Positions 1 through 9,128 of a stretch of 64,000 bases of DNA are shown here, in pieces. How positions within the stretch are numbered: the stretch's first letter is position 1; every line of letters begins with the position of its first letter. The DNA is from Marispirochaeta sp. GTDB lineage: Bacteria; Spirochaetota; Spirochaetia; JC444; Marispirochaetaceae. The stretch is taken from the NCBI GenBank assembly GCA_963676835.2, contig CAXXFF010000002.1:1312001-1376000 (forward strand), read 5' to 3'. The position numbers and the translations under genes are program-made. The notes under the pieces are model-generated. The model saw nothing but the letters and a program-made list of their open reading frames with translations. It had not been told where the DNA came from and searched no databases.

Positions 1-2
1 TA

Positions 3-1217
3 CCCTTTTTCTTTCCCCGGAAGCATGTTAAGGAGCGGCTCAGACAGTTCAGTGAACAGTTCGGCCTTTCCGTTGATCCCGATGCACCGGTCTGGAAACT
101 TTCCGCCGGAGAACAGCAGCGGGTGGAAATTCTCAAAGCCCTTATTCGTAATGCGGATCTGCTGATTATGGATGAGCCTACTTCGGTGCTCACCCCGGCT
201 GAAGCAGATGAGCTTTTCGAAATACTTAAAAAAATGAGTGCCGAAGGTCATTCGGTAATACTTATCAGCCATAAGCTTGATGAGATTATGAAGATCTGTA
301 ACCGCGTGGAAGTACTGCGCAAAGGCAAGGTTACCGGGCAGGCTGAGATCAAGGATGTTACCACCGAAGATCTTGCCCGCATGATGGTGGGCCGTCGGGT
401 GGCCGATTCCTTTCCCAAGGCGGATGTTGCTCCCGGCGAGATTGTTCTTCAGGTAAACTCCCTGAAGGTGAGTAACGATCAGGGGATGCCCGCAGTAAAA
501 GGTGTCAGCTTTGCGGTACGAAGAAATGAGATATTCGGCATTGCCGGTGTTTCCGGTAACGGTCAGCTGGAATTGGTGGAGTGTATTACCGGGCTGCGCA
601 AGGCCTCTGAGGGGCAGGTTCTGCTTGAGGGCGCAGATGTTACCAATAATTCACCCCGAAATCTGCACGACCGGGGAATGAGTCATGTTCCTGAAGAGCG
701 GATAAAGTTCGGCATTGTTCCCAACCTGTTTCTCTATGAAAATGCCGTACTGAAGCACCATCATGTGCCGCCCTATTCAATACGCAATATTATGAACTAT
801 CCCCGTATCCGGACCCATGCGGAAGAGCTGGTAAAGGGGTTTCAGGTTTCCACACCCTCAATCAACGCACCCATGAAGAATCTTTCCGGCGGAAATATTC
901 AGAAGTTGATACTGGGGAGGGAAATCTCTTCCAATCCGGTGCTTATGATTGCCGCTCATCCTACCTACGGTCTGGATGTGGGGGCTGCCGAATATATCCG
1001 TACCCAGCTGGTTCAGCGCAGGGATTCCGGCGGTGCCATTCTGCTGGTTTCAGAAGATCTTGAGGAACTGTTTATGGTCTGTGACCGTATTGCGGTTATT
1101 TATGAAGGAAGGTTTATGGGGGTAGTTGAGCCCGGCAGTTGTGATTTTGAAAAGATCGGTATGATGATGGCCGGTGCAGGTTCCTACACCACCGAGGAGG
1201 CCTGTGATGAGGATTGA
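3..1217 (+). CDS. Nucleoside/sugar (CUT2) ABC transporter ATP-binding protein, 5'-truncated by the window edge
   Basis: Frame open from base 3 (…LSAGEQQRVEILKAL…, LIMDEPT); second NBD with LSGGNIQK and degenerate AHPTYGLD; followed by two permeases. Confidence 0.9.
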   Translation, partial: PFFFPRKHVKERLRQFSEQFGLSVDPDAPVWKLSAGEQQRVEILKALIRNADLLIMDEPTSVLTPAEADELFEILKKMSAEGHSVILISHKLDEIMKICNRVEVLRKGKVTGQAEIKDVTTEDLARMMVGRRVADSFPKADVAPGEIVLQVNSLKVSNDQGMPAVKGVSFAVRRNEIFGIAGVSGNGQLELVECITGLRKASEGQVLLEGADVTNNSPRNLHDRGMSHVPEERIKFGIVPNLFLYENAVLKHHHVPPYSIRNIMNYPRIRTHAEELVKGFQVSTPSINAPMKNLSGGNIQKLILGREISSNPVLMIAAHPTYGLDVGAAEYIRTQLVQRRDSGGAILLVSEDLEELFMVCDRIAVIYEGRFMGVVEPGSCDFEKIGMMMAGAGSYTTEEACDED

Positions 1218-2283
1218 AGTAGTCCCCCGGGAGCAGGTATCCCGGACACTTGAGATTACCGTTCTTTTGACATCTCTCCTCGGAGGGCTTGCCGCAGTGG
1301 GGCTGGTCTTCCTCATAAAGCAGATTAACCCGTTTTTCGCGCTGGGAAGCATTTTTTCCGCCTCTTTCGGCAGCTTCTTCGGTTTCAAGGAGACTGTCAC
1401 CAAGGCGATTCCCCTGATTCTTGTCGGTTCCGGTCTTGCTCTGGCCTTCCGGGCCAAGTTCTGGAATATCGGTGCAGAGAGCCAGATTCTGGCCGGCGCC
1501 ATCTGTGCCACCTGGGTTGGGCTGCACTGGGGGCCGGCTCTTCCGGCGATTCTTATCATACCCATAATGTTTGCCGCAGGTTTTGTCGGCGGCGCCCTCT
1601 GGGGAATGGTTCCTGCCATTCTGAAGATACGCTTTGGCATAAACGAGGTAATCTCAACTTTGATGCTCAATTATGTGGCGGCAGAGTTTGTGAAGTTTCT
1701 GGTTGTGGGACCATGGAAGGGTACCACCAAGTACGGCTATCCCTATACCGATGACCTTCCGCCTCAGGCTATTCTCAAGCTGATTCCCTACTCAAGGATC
1801 TCGCCTTTTCTGGTGGGACTTGCCCTTGCGGTGGCCTGTATTCTGGCCTTTATTATTTTCCGTACCCGTTTCGGCTACGAGGTTCGGGTTATCGGAGAGA
1901 ACCCCGAAGCTGCCCGCTATGCGGGGATAGATTTTTTCAGAACCAGCCTGCTGCTTATGGCTATTTCCGGCGGTATTGCGGGCCTTGCGGGGACCGGAGA
2001 GCTTTCGACCATACATCATCACCTGAGTTATCCCGAAACCCTGAGTGCGGGTTATGGTTTCTCCGGTATTATTGTTGCCTGGCTGGGAAGGCTTAATCCG
2101 TTACTGGTAATAATTTCGGGGTTTTTCCTGGCCGGAATTGTGGTCGGCGGGGATGCGATCCAGATGTCCCTGGGGCTGCCCGCGGCGACAGTACAGATTT
2201 TCAACGGTCTGATTCTCACCTTTCTTATTACCGGAGAGTTCTTCCTCCGGCACCGCTTGCGAATCAGAAAGAAGGTAGGCTGA
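1207..2283 (+). CDS. Nucleoside/sugar ABC transporter permease
   Basis: Hydrophobic; FWNIGAESQ and GYEVRVIGENPEAARYAGI motifs of BPD_transp_2; ATG at 1207 follows GAGGAGG. Confidence 0.88.
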   Translation: MRIEVVPREQVSRTLEITVLLTSLLGGLAAVGLVFLIKQINPFFALGSIFSASFGSFFGFKETVTKAIPLILVGSGLALAFRAKFWNIGAESQILAGAICATWVGLHWGPALPAILIIPIMFAAGFVGGALWGMVPAILKIRFGINEVISTLMLNYVAAEFVKFLVVGPWKGTTKYGYPYTDDLPPQAILKLIPYSRISPFLVGLALAVACILAFIIFRTRFGYEVRVIGENPEAARYAGIDFFRTSLLLMAISGGIAGLAGTGELSTIHHHLSYPETLSAGYGFSGIIVAWLGRLNPLLVIISGFFLAGIVVGGDAIQMSLGLPAATVQIFNGLILTFLITGEFFLRHRLRIRKKVG

Positions 2284-2284
2284 T

Positions 2285-3211
2285 ATGGAAGAGATAATTA
2301 TCTCCATTCTTATACGTACAATTGTTGCGGGAACTCCTCTTCTGCTGGGAACCATGGGGGAGGTTATCTGTGAAAGATCGGGTATTCTCAATCTCGGTGT
2401 CGAGGGAATGATGGCCATGGGGGCTGTTACCGGGTTTATTGTTACCTTTCAGACACAAAACCCCTGGCTGGGTATGCTGGCTGCTGTCGGTATCGGCGGT
2501 CTGCTTGCATCCCTGCATGCCTTTGTTTCAATTACCCTGCGGGGAAATCAGACGGTTTCCGGCCTTGCTCTTACCATGCTGGGAATCGGGCTTTCCGGCC
2601 TCTGGGGAAAGCCTTTTATCGGTAAGCCTCTTACGGTAAAAATGTCCGCGGTAAAAATCCCCCTGCTGTCAGATATTCCCGTTCTGGGCAGGGTGCTGTT
2701 TCAGCACGATCCCTATTTTTACTTCTCCGTTATTCTGGGGCTCCTGGTCTGGTTCCTTTTACGCTATACCACCATTGGTATAAACCTCCGTTCGGTGGGA
2801 GAGAATCCCCGGGCGGCGGAAAGTCAGGGGATCAAGGTCTGGCTGTATAAATACACGGCGGTTATTGTGGGCGGCATGTTTGCCGGTCTTGCCGGGGCCC
2901 ACCTGTCCACGGCCTACAGTAAGTCCTGGATTGAGGGTATGGTGGCCGGCCGAGGCTGGATCGTAATTGCTCTGACCATTTTCAGCCTCTGGGAACCGCC
3001 CCGGGCGTTTCTGGGTGCCTACCTTTTCGGGGGAATCTTTGTTCTACAGTATATGCTGCAGTCCAGGGGAATCAGTCCCAATCTGCTGGCTATGCTTCCC
3101 TATCTGACAACTCTTATTATCCTGCTTGCCTACGGCTTTACCTCCGGAGGGCGCCGTAAAATGAATGCCCCCGCAACTCTCGGGGAACCCTACAGGCCGG
3201 GAGAGCGTTAA
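2285..3211 (+). CDS. Nucleoside/sugar ABC transporter permease
   Basis: ERSGILNLGVEGMM, LRSVGENPRAAESQGI, GRGWIVIAL motifs. Confidence 0.9.
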   Translation: MEEIIISILIRTIVAGTPLLLGTMGEVICERSGILNLGVEGMMAMGAVTGFIVTFQTQNPWLGMLAAVGIGGLLASLHAFVSITLRGNQTVSGLALTMLGIGLSGLWGKPFIGKPLTVKMSAVKIPLLSDIPVLGRVLFQHDPYFYFSVILGLLVWFLLRYTTIGINLRSVGENPRAAESQGIKVWLYKYTAVIVGGMFAGLAGAHLSTAYSKSWIEGMVAGRGWIVIALTIFSLWEPPRAFLGAYLFGGIFVLQYMLQSRGISPNLLAMLPYLTTLIILLAYGFTSGGRRKMNAPATLGEPYRPGER

Positions 3212-3549
3212 AGGATTATTTTCAGGTCTGCATTTGCAATGCTTATGGTATCGTGGACGGCAACTTTATAGTATTTGTTGGGCTTAATCTTTTTTCCATT
3301 GATGAAAGTCCCATTGGAGCTGTGCAGATCACGGATGTAATAGTCGGCCTTGATCTTGTGCAGCTCCGCGTGGTAACGGGAGACCAGCTGATTGTCAATA
3401 ACGATGCTGTTTTCCCTGTCCCTTCCGATTGAAGCCTTTGCCACCAGGGGAATCTTTTTCCCCTGGAAGAGCAGGCAGTAGTTTTCACCTTTTTTAATCT
3501 CTTTAAGGCGCTTGCCTATGGGAGAAGTGCTGTAAATGGTCTCGTCCAT
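3208..3549 (-). CDS. Stand-alone FHA domain protein
   Basis: IGR, VSRYHA and SSNGTFING FHA motifs. Confidence 0.85.
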   Translation of the reverse strand: MDETIYSTSPIGKRLKEIKKGENYCLLFQGKKIPLVAKASIGRDRENSIVIDNQLVSRYHAELHKIKADYYIRDLHSSNGTFINGKKIKPNKYYKVAVHDTISIANADLKIIL

Positions 3550-3567
3550 TCAGGCTCCTCGCTGAAG

Positions 3568-4095
3568 TTATAGGGAGGCCGCTGCTTCCCTGTCGTGGGC
3601 GTCAATATCCTCTGCATCCCAGGGGTAGACCACCCAGTGGTCTTCAATCTCTTCTCCGAAAAATATCTGATTGATCTCTTCCGGGTAGGTTCCGTTTTTC
3701 TGTTTCAGTTTATTGTGAATAACCGCAACAGCTATCTCTTCGGGGTCGTGGGAGAGCAGTTCCCGCAGGCAGTATTCCAGAGTAACCCTGGAATCATCAA
3801 TCTCATCCACTAAGAGAACTTTCTTGCCGGTAAGCTTCTGTTCAACTTCGTCAATCCATTGAATCTTCTGAGGACTCTCGGCCGGCTTGTTATCCGGGCC
3901 GTAGAGTTTAAGTCCTACCGTTAAAATAGGCAGGTCAAGATAGGTTTTGAGTATCCGGGCAGGAATAAATCCTCCGGTTCCGATAGCAACAATAAGGTCT
4001 GGATTGAATCCGGACGTCTGGATTTTCTTCGCAAGTTCCTGGACGGACCTGTGAATATCCTGATAGGTAAAATAGAGCTTTGTAGGTGTATCCAT
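3568..4095 (-). CDS. Type I phosphoribosyltransferase (xanthine/hypoxanthine PRT-like)
   Basis: IVAIGTGGFIPA, VLLVDEIDDSRVTL PRPP loop, WVVYPWD; start set at ATG 4095 after GAGGT. Confidence 0.85.
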   Translation of the reverse strand: MDTPTKLYFTYQDIHRSVQELAKKIQTSGFNPDLIVAIGTGGFIPARILKTYLDLPILTVGLKLYGPDNKPAESPQKIQWIDEVEQKLTGKKVLLVDEIDDSRVTLEYCLRELLSHDPEEIAVAVIHNKLKQKNGTYPEEINQIFFGEEIEDHWVVYPWDAEDIDAHDREAAASL

Positions 4096-4268
4096 TACCT
4101 CTAAACCATAGTCCGGACTGGTGAAATTTACAAGGGAAAGAGCTTTTCTCAATGCGATATTTATACCAGCGGGTTTTCTCCCTTGCCGTTCCCGCTTCTC
4201 TCTGATTATACTACTTCTTTATTTCGAACTTTCGACTTTCTTTCGACGTATCAGTCAGGGAGGTACTT

Positions 4269-5264
4269 ATGCCGGTTAATCTGCGGGGACGCAATTTTAT
4301 TACTCTCAAGGATTTCTCTCAGCAGGAGATCCGCTATCTACTCGATCTTTCCCTTGATCTCAAGCGAAAGAAGCGTTCCGGTATACCGGGAGACCTGCTT
4401 TACCGTCGCAATATAGTTCTTCTTTTCGAAAAAACTTCCACCCGTACCCGCTGCGCGTTTGAAGTTGCCGCTTTTGATGAAGGCGCCAGGGTAACTTTTC
4501 TAACGAACAGCCAGATGGGTAAGAAGGAATCCATCGAGGATACCGCCCGGGTTCTCGGGCGCATGTACGACGGAATAGAGTTCCGCGGTTTTGAGCAGAA
4601 AACAGTTGAAGAGTTGGCGGCCAATGCAGGGGTACCGGTCTGGAACGGCCTTACCGATATGTATCACCCCACTCAGGTTCTTGCAGACCTTATGACCATG
4701 GAAGAGCTTATTCCCAAGCCCTTGTCAAAGATGAAGCTTGCCTATGTGGGGGATGCCCGCAATAATATGGGTAACTCGCTGATGATCGGCTGTGCCAAGA
4801 TGGGTATCGATTTTACCGCAGTTGCACCCAAAGAGCTTTTTCCCGAACAGTCTCTGGTTGATGAGATGAGGGAACTGGGAGCCGCAACGGGCGCCAAGAT
4901 TGAACTTTCCGAGGATATTCCCCGGGGAGTACTGGGGGCCGATGCGGTATACACCGATGTCTGGGTTTCCATGGGAGAAGAGGCAAAGTTTGCCGAAAGG
5001 ATTGGTCAGTTGAAACCCTATCAGGTTACTGCGGAAATGATGTCTATGACGGGAAATCCGGATACGCTTTTTCTCCACTGCCTGCCTTCCTTTCATGATC
5101 TTCAGACCGATACAGGCAAACTGGTAAAAGAGGAGTACGGACTGGACGCCATGGAGGTGACCGATGAGGTGTTTGAAAGCGCCAATTCAGTTGTTTTCGA
5201 TCAGGCGGAAAACCGGATGCATACCATCAAGGCCGTGATGGTGGCTACCATCGGAAACCTATAG
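4269..5264 (+). CDS. argF: Ornithine carbamoyltransferase
   Basis: STRTR carbamoyl-phosphate motif, [34 protein letters not shown]. Confidence 0.93.
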   Translation: MPVNLRGRNFITLKDFSQQEIRYLLDLSLDLKRKKRSGIPGDLLYRRNIVLLFEKTSTRTRCAFEVAAFDEGARVTFLTNSQMGKKESIEDTARVLGRMYDGIEFRGFEQKTVEELAANAGVPVWNGLTDMYHPTQVLADLMTMEELIPKPLSKMKLAYVGDARNNMGNSLMIGCAKMGIDFTAVAPKELFPEQSLVDEMRELGAATGAKIELSEDIPRGVLGADAVYTDVWVSMGEEAKFAERIGQLKPYQVTAEMMSMTGNPDTLFLHCLPSFHDLQTDTGKLVKEEYGLDAMEVTDEVFESANSVVFDQAENRMHTIKAVMVATIGNL

Positions 5265-6083
5265 CTCTACCTTATCCGGATCAAAGCCTTTCAGGCTTTC
5301 CATTACCGGTTCGGGATAGTCGGTAAAAATGCCCCGGACTCCCAGGCGGAACAATTCCTTCGCCTTGTCCGGGTCGTTAACCGTCCAGACCTGCACAGGA
5401 ATTCCCGCTTTTCCCCAGCTTTGAACCAGCCGTTTGTCTACCACCCGCAGATTCCCGTGAAACTCCGGTACCTGAAAAAGTCTGCCTTTCAGAAGACGGC
5501 TAAGTCCCGGTGCTGTCAATGACAGGGGCGGCCGGTTGAATACTACTGCGGTACGCACTTCCATGGGGGTCATGGAGGTTATACATTCCGGCGCATTACG
5601 GCGGAAGCGTTTGAGTACCGGGCCGTTGAAGCTGCCGGTGATTATCCGTTTCCAGGCCCGGTGCTGTGCCAGAATCTCTGCATATCTGTCGGCTATTTCG
5701 GTGTTGCGGCTTTTCAGGTCGATGTTGAATACTCCGTCGGGAAACTCTTCCAGGAGTTCTTCAAGAGTCATAATGTAGAGTCCGCGGTTTCTGAAGGGAA
5801 AACCGGATGCTTCGTTGTGGCTGTACCCGGCATCCAGGCAGCGAAGATCTTCAAGTGTAGAATCCTCGATCCTGATATTCTTTTCTGTATTACGGCCGGT
5901 ATATTCATCGTGCCAGAGGACTATCCTGCCGTCCGCGGTCAGGTGGGCATCTGTTTCCACCATGGGGCAGCCGATCTCAAAGGCGCTGCGGAAGGCAGGC
6001 AGGGTATTTTCGGGAAAGCGGCCTGAATTGCCCCGGTGGGCGAAAATTCCTGTACGCAAATTAAGGATATCTGCTGCTGTCAC
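5259..6083 (-). CDS. Glycerophosphodiester phosphodiesterase
   Basis: AHRG, PENT, ETDAH, VLWHD, WTVND, GIFTDYP motifs. Confidence 0.9.
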   Translation of the reverse strand: MTAADILNLRTGIFAHRGNSGRFPENTLPAFRSAFEIGCPMVETDAHLTADGRIVLWHDEYTGRNTEKNIRIEDSTLEDLRCLDAGYSHNEASGFPFRNRGLYIMTLEELLEEFPDGVFNIDLKSRNTEIADRYAEILAQHRAWKRIITGSFNGPVLKRFRRNAPECITSMTPMEVRTAVVFNRPPLSLTAPGLSRLLKGRLFQVPEFHGNLRVVDKRLVQSWGKAGIPVQVWTVNDPDKAKELFRLGVRGIFTDYPEPVMESLKGFDPDKVEL

Positions 6084-6149
6084 TGTTGTGCTCCTGGATT
6101 AAGAGTATCGCCGGTGTAGCAATATTGCAACAATGGGGTAATTGTTTGC

Positions 6150-6178
6150 TTGAGGGCTGAAAAAAGCCATGGTATACT
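6150..6178 (+). promoter_or_regulatory. Putative sigma-70 promoter (extended -10) for the kinase/hydrogenase-like pair
   Basis: TTGAGG-17-TATACT with TGn immediately upstream of the -10. Confidence 0.45.
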
Positions 6179-6229
6179 TCCGCAGTGCTATGTTTGTATA
6201 CGAAATAGTATTTTAGTGGAGCAATCTCG

Positions 6230-6655
6230 TTGAAAAAGAGCTATACCGTTTCTCCCGATATCATGAATGCAGCAGGTGAAGTTTCAACACATGTCAAAAA
6301 ACTTCTGCAGCAGCTGGGAGTTTCCCAGAAAGATGTCCGCCGATTTTCTGTTGCCCTGTATGAAGGGGAGATTAATATGGCTGTGCATGCCGGCGGAGGC
6401 ACCGCGGAGATAGTTATAGCCACCGACCGTATTGAAGCTGTCTTAAAGGATAACGGGCCGGGGATTCCCGATATTGATCTTGCCATGCAGGAAGGGTTCT
6501 CCACTGCCAGCGAGTATGTCAGAGAACTTGGTTTCGGAGCAGGAATGGGGCTTCCCAATATGAAGCGATCCACAGATCTGTTTACCCTGAAGTCTGTTCC
6601 CGGTGAAGGTACAACAGTCAGTTTTACGGTTATTCTCAATGGAGGAGCTGAATGA
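6230..6655 (+). CDS. Anti-sigma regulatory factor / Ser-Thr kinase (RsbT-like HATPase_c)
   Basis: EGEINMAVHA, DNGPGIPDIDLAMQEGFST, GAGMGLPNM; TTG start after GGAG. Confidence 0.85.
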   Translation: MKKSYTVSPDIMNAAGEVSTHVKKLLQQLGVSQKDVRRFSVALYEGEINMAVHAGGGTAEIVIATDRIEAVLKDNGPGIPDIDLAMQEGFSTASEYVRELGFGAGMGLPNMKRSTDLFTLKSVPGEGTTVSFTVILNGGAE

Positions 6656-7920
6656 CCCGTCACTCGGTAACTCTGCTGGAGGAGCGCTGTAAAGGCTGTA
6701 CCCGCTGTGTTACCTCCTGTCCCACAGAAGCTATCCGGGTGAGGGACGGAAAAGCTCATATTATGACAGAGCGCTGCATAGACTGCGGGGAATGCATCCG
6801 GGTTTGCCCCCATCATGCCAAGACGGTCCACTCAATATCTGCAGAAGAGGCCCTGGCTCTTCCCAAGCCGGTTGCCCTGGTGCCTCCCAGTTTTTACGGA
6901 CAGTTTAAACGGTCAATCCCCACAGGAGCCCTCCTGGGGGCACTGCAGTCAATAGGTTTTGTAGATGCTGCAGAGGTTGCCCTGGCGGCAGAGCTGGTAA
7001 CTGAGGCCACTGCTGAAGTGCTGGAAAAAGGAAATATTCCCCTGCCGGTAATTTCGTCTTCCTGTCCTGCCATTGTACGCCTTATGGAGGTCCGTTTTCC
7101 GGCACTTCTGCCCCATCTTGTCCCTCTGCCTTCCCCCATGGAGGTTGCAGCCAGAATGGTGAAAGAGAAATACGGGGACGATGCTTCGCCGGTGTTTCTT
7201 ACCCCCTGTCCGGCAAAAATAACCGACAGTAACCATCCTCTTTTTTCCAGAGATACCGCAGTTGCTGCAGCTGTTCCCGTCCGGGATATCTTTGCTTCCG
7301 TTGTGCGGGAAATCGGCGATGCCTCAATTGCTCCCCGGGCGGGTAAAACCGGTATCCTCTGGGGCAGAAGCGGCGGAGAAAGCCGGGGAGTTGCCCCCGG
7401 GGAAGGGATCGCCGTTGACGGCCTGCGTAATGTAGCTCTGCTGCTGGAACGGGTGGATAAGGGCAATGTTGAAGGTATTACCTTTATCGAGGTAATGGCC
7501 TGCCCCGGCGGCTGTGTAGGCGGTGCGCTGCAGGTGGAAAATCCCTTTATCGCCCGTCCCCGTCTTGTTTTGAGAGCGGAACAGGCCGGTGAAATTCCGG
7601 AAGCCCGCATGCCTGAATTCGGTCATGATATTGTGGACGGTGAAGTCATGGTAAAAGAGAACCCTGTAATGGCTCTTGATGATGACCCCATGCAGGCACT
7701 GGAAAAACTGGAACGCCTTGAAGCGCTTTCCGAAGATCTGCCCTCCCTGGACTGCGGCTCCTGCGGAGCCCCCAACTGCCGGGCCCTGGCGGAAGATATT
7801 GTGCAGGGCAGGGGCAAGGACACGGACTGTGTTTTTATTCTGCGGCAGAAACTGAGGAAGCTTACTGAAGAGATGCTTGCTCTGGATGATCAGCGCTGGC
7901 TGAGCAGCAAGAAAGAGTAG
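6652..7920 (+). CDS. Atypical [FeFe]-hydrogenase-like Fe-S protein (2x[4Fe-4S], H-cluster-like domain, C-terminal Fe-S domain)
   Basis: CKGCTRCVTSCP and CIDCGECIRVCP; L1-like SSSCP, L2-like TPCPAK, L3 EVMACPGGCVGG; C-terminal CGSCGAPNC…C. Confidence 0.82.
   Translation: MTRHSVTLLEERCKGCTRCVTSCPTEAIRVRDGKAHIMTERCIDCGECIRVCPHHAKTVHSISAEEALALPKPVALVPPSFYGQFKRSIPTGALLGALQSIGFVDAAEVALAAELVTEATAEVLEKGNIPLPVISSSCPAIVRLMEVRFPALLPHLVPLPSPMEVAARMVKEKYGDDASPVFLTPCPAKITDSNHPLFSRDTAVAAAVPVRDIFASVVREIGDASIAPRAGKTGILWGRSGGESRGVAPGEGIAVDGLRNVALLLERVDKGNVEGITFIEVMACPGGCVGGALQVENPFIARPRLVLRAEQAGEIPEARMPEFGHDIVDGEVMVKENPVMALDDDPMQALEKLERLEALSEDLPSLDCGSCGAPNCRALAEDIVQGRGKDTDCVFILRQKLRKLTEEMLALDDQRWLSSKKE
7882..7920 (+). 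repeat. Direct repeat copy 1 (3' end of the hydrogenase-like gene)
   Basis: ctggatgatcagcgctggctgagcagcaagaaagagtag; 37/39 identical to 9554-9592. Confidence 0.95.
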
Positions 7921-8026
7921 TTTAATCCGTACAATAATTTCGCATCTCTTGAAGTAAACAGCCATAATTTTTGGTTCTTTTCTGTATGTGCATTAGTTTT
8001 GACAGCTTATACCGGCTTCCATCCGA

Positions 8027-8064
8027 CCCTCACCCCCGACCCCTCTCCCAGGGGGCGAGGGGGG
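8027..8064 (+). repeat. BoxC/REP-like left inverted repeat, unit 1
   Basis: ccctcacccccgacccctctcccagggggcgagggggg; identical to 9072-9109. Confidence 0.9.
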
Positions 8065-8083
8065 ATAGAAATAGGAGGTGAGG

Positions 8084-8105
8084 TTGCACTACCGTGATGG
8101 GATGA
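8084..8105 (+). pseudogene. N-terminal stub of a DUF559 gene copy
   Basis: aggaggtgagg-ttg cac tac cgt gat ggg matches the RBS and first codons (atg cac tac cgg gat ggg) of the 9129 gene; similarity then stops. Confidence 0.7.
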
Positions 8106-8108
8106 AAG

Positions 8109-8142
8109 AAGCAGCCGGTATGGAAGTTCCCGGCTGCTTTTA
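8109..8142. terminator. Intrinsic terminator, probably bidirectional, downstream of the lipoprotein gene
   Basis: aagcagccgg/ccggctgctt stem with A/T-rich flanks. Confidence 0.7.
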
Positions 8143-8169
8143 TAAATATCGAAGAGCGTACAATGAATA

Positions 8170-8637
8170 TTATATTTGAGTAAAATCGCTGCTGTAAGTT
8201 TTGGTTACTGTAGTGTTGCCGTCTACAGTAACCGATGTTTCGAGATAATAGTCACCGCTTGAGGGGCCTGATTCGGTTCCGCTGCTATCCTCATCGCTGA
8301 TTATGTAAATATCATATGAAGTTCCGCCAGTGCCGGTCCATGCTGAACCTGTTGTTCCTCCGGCTCCATCACTTGCTTCAAGTGTTACAGATAAAGTCCC
8401 GCCTGTTCCGGTTCCGGAACCCGCTGCCAGGAAATCTGCTGTCTGGGGATCGGCGCCATCAGCAAAAAGACCGAAAGTTACGGTAATACCATTAGGGCTG
8501 GTTAAGATTTCAACGGTTACTGTACCGTCTTCGGCTGTGGATCCTGATGAACCTGAACCACCCTCACTGCAGCTTGTAAAAAACAAAAGAAGTACAATCA
8601 TTAGAGGGAGGATGATTTTGAAAGGACAATTTTTCAT
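8170..8637 (-). CDS. Hypothetical Gly/Ser/Thr-rich lipoprotein
   Basis: Signal peptide with FFTS-C lipobox, G/S linker, beta-rich acidic domain; AGGAG RBS; AT-rich context. Confidence 0.8.
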   Translation of the reverse strand: MKNCPFKIILPLMIVLLLFFTSCSEGGSGSSGSTAEDGTVTVEILTSPNGITVTFGLFADGADPQTADFLAAGSGTGTGGTLSVTLEASDGAGGTTGSAWTGTGGTSYDIYIISDEDSSGTESGPSSGDYYLETSVTVDGNTTVTKTYSSDFTQI

Positions 8638-8672
8638 AAGTCAACTCCTATTAATTGATGAGTAATTATAAA

Positions 8673-8687
8673 TGAGAATTGTTATCA
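8673..8687 (-). promoter_or_regulatory. Fur-box-like operator upstream of the lipoprotein gene
   Basis: TGAGAAT-T-GTTATCA, 12/14 match to the 7-1-7 consensus TGATAAT-N-ATTATCA, 36-50 bp upstream of the ATG. Confidence 0.5.
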
Positions 8688-8801
8688 TAGCAAATTAATT
8701 GATATATTGAAGACTGGCTTTGCAGTGATTTCATACTTTTCTAATCAGATAGTTATTGTATAACCACTTATATACAGTGATGTTGATAGGTGTTAATTGC
8801 A

Positions 8802-8838
8802 CTCTCTCCCTTTTTTTTAAGAAGGGCCGGGGTGAGGG
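8802..8838 (-). repeat. Degenerate right inverted repeat, unit 1
   Basis: ctctctccc-tttttttt-aagaagggccggggtgaggg resembles 9495-9527. Confidence 0.75.
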
Positions 8839-8939
8839 GGAGCGCCGGAAAGTATATTTCTATATATTAGAATACCTTTTCAGCGGAATCCAGAGAGAAT
8901 GATTATTTGCAAAAATTGTATAAAAAGTGCTTTCACTAA

Positions 8940-8963
8940 CAGCGCTATCTGAGCAGCAAGAAA
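8940..8963 (+). repeat. Direct repeat copy 2 (degenerate)
   Basis: cagcgctatctgagcagcaagaaa; 22/24 to 7891-7914. Confidence 0.85.
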
Positions 8964-9071
8964 ATAACCAATTTTTACAAGAATCTCGGATCTTTTGAAG
9001 TAAACAGCCGTAATCTTGGTTCTTATCGGTATGTGCATTAGTTTTGGCCGCTTGTACCGGCTTTCTTCCAA

Positions 9072-9109
9072 CCCTCACCCCCGACCCCTCTCCCAGGGGG
9101 CGAGGGGGG
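9072..9109 (+). repeat. BoxC/REP-like left inverted repeat, unit 2
   Basis: Same 38-mer as 8027-8064, directly upstream of the DUF559 RBS. Confidence 0.9.
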
Positions 9110-9128
9110 ATAGAAACAGGAGGTGAGG

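Noticed and set aside
8860..9078. Short minus-strand ORFs (63-72 aa) in the duplicated leader
   Set aside because: The paralogous copy at 7921-8030 is frameshifted and shows many non-synonymous changes; no RBS.
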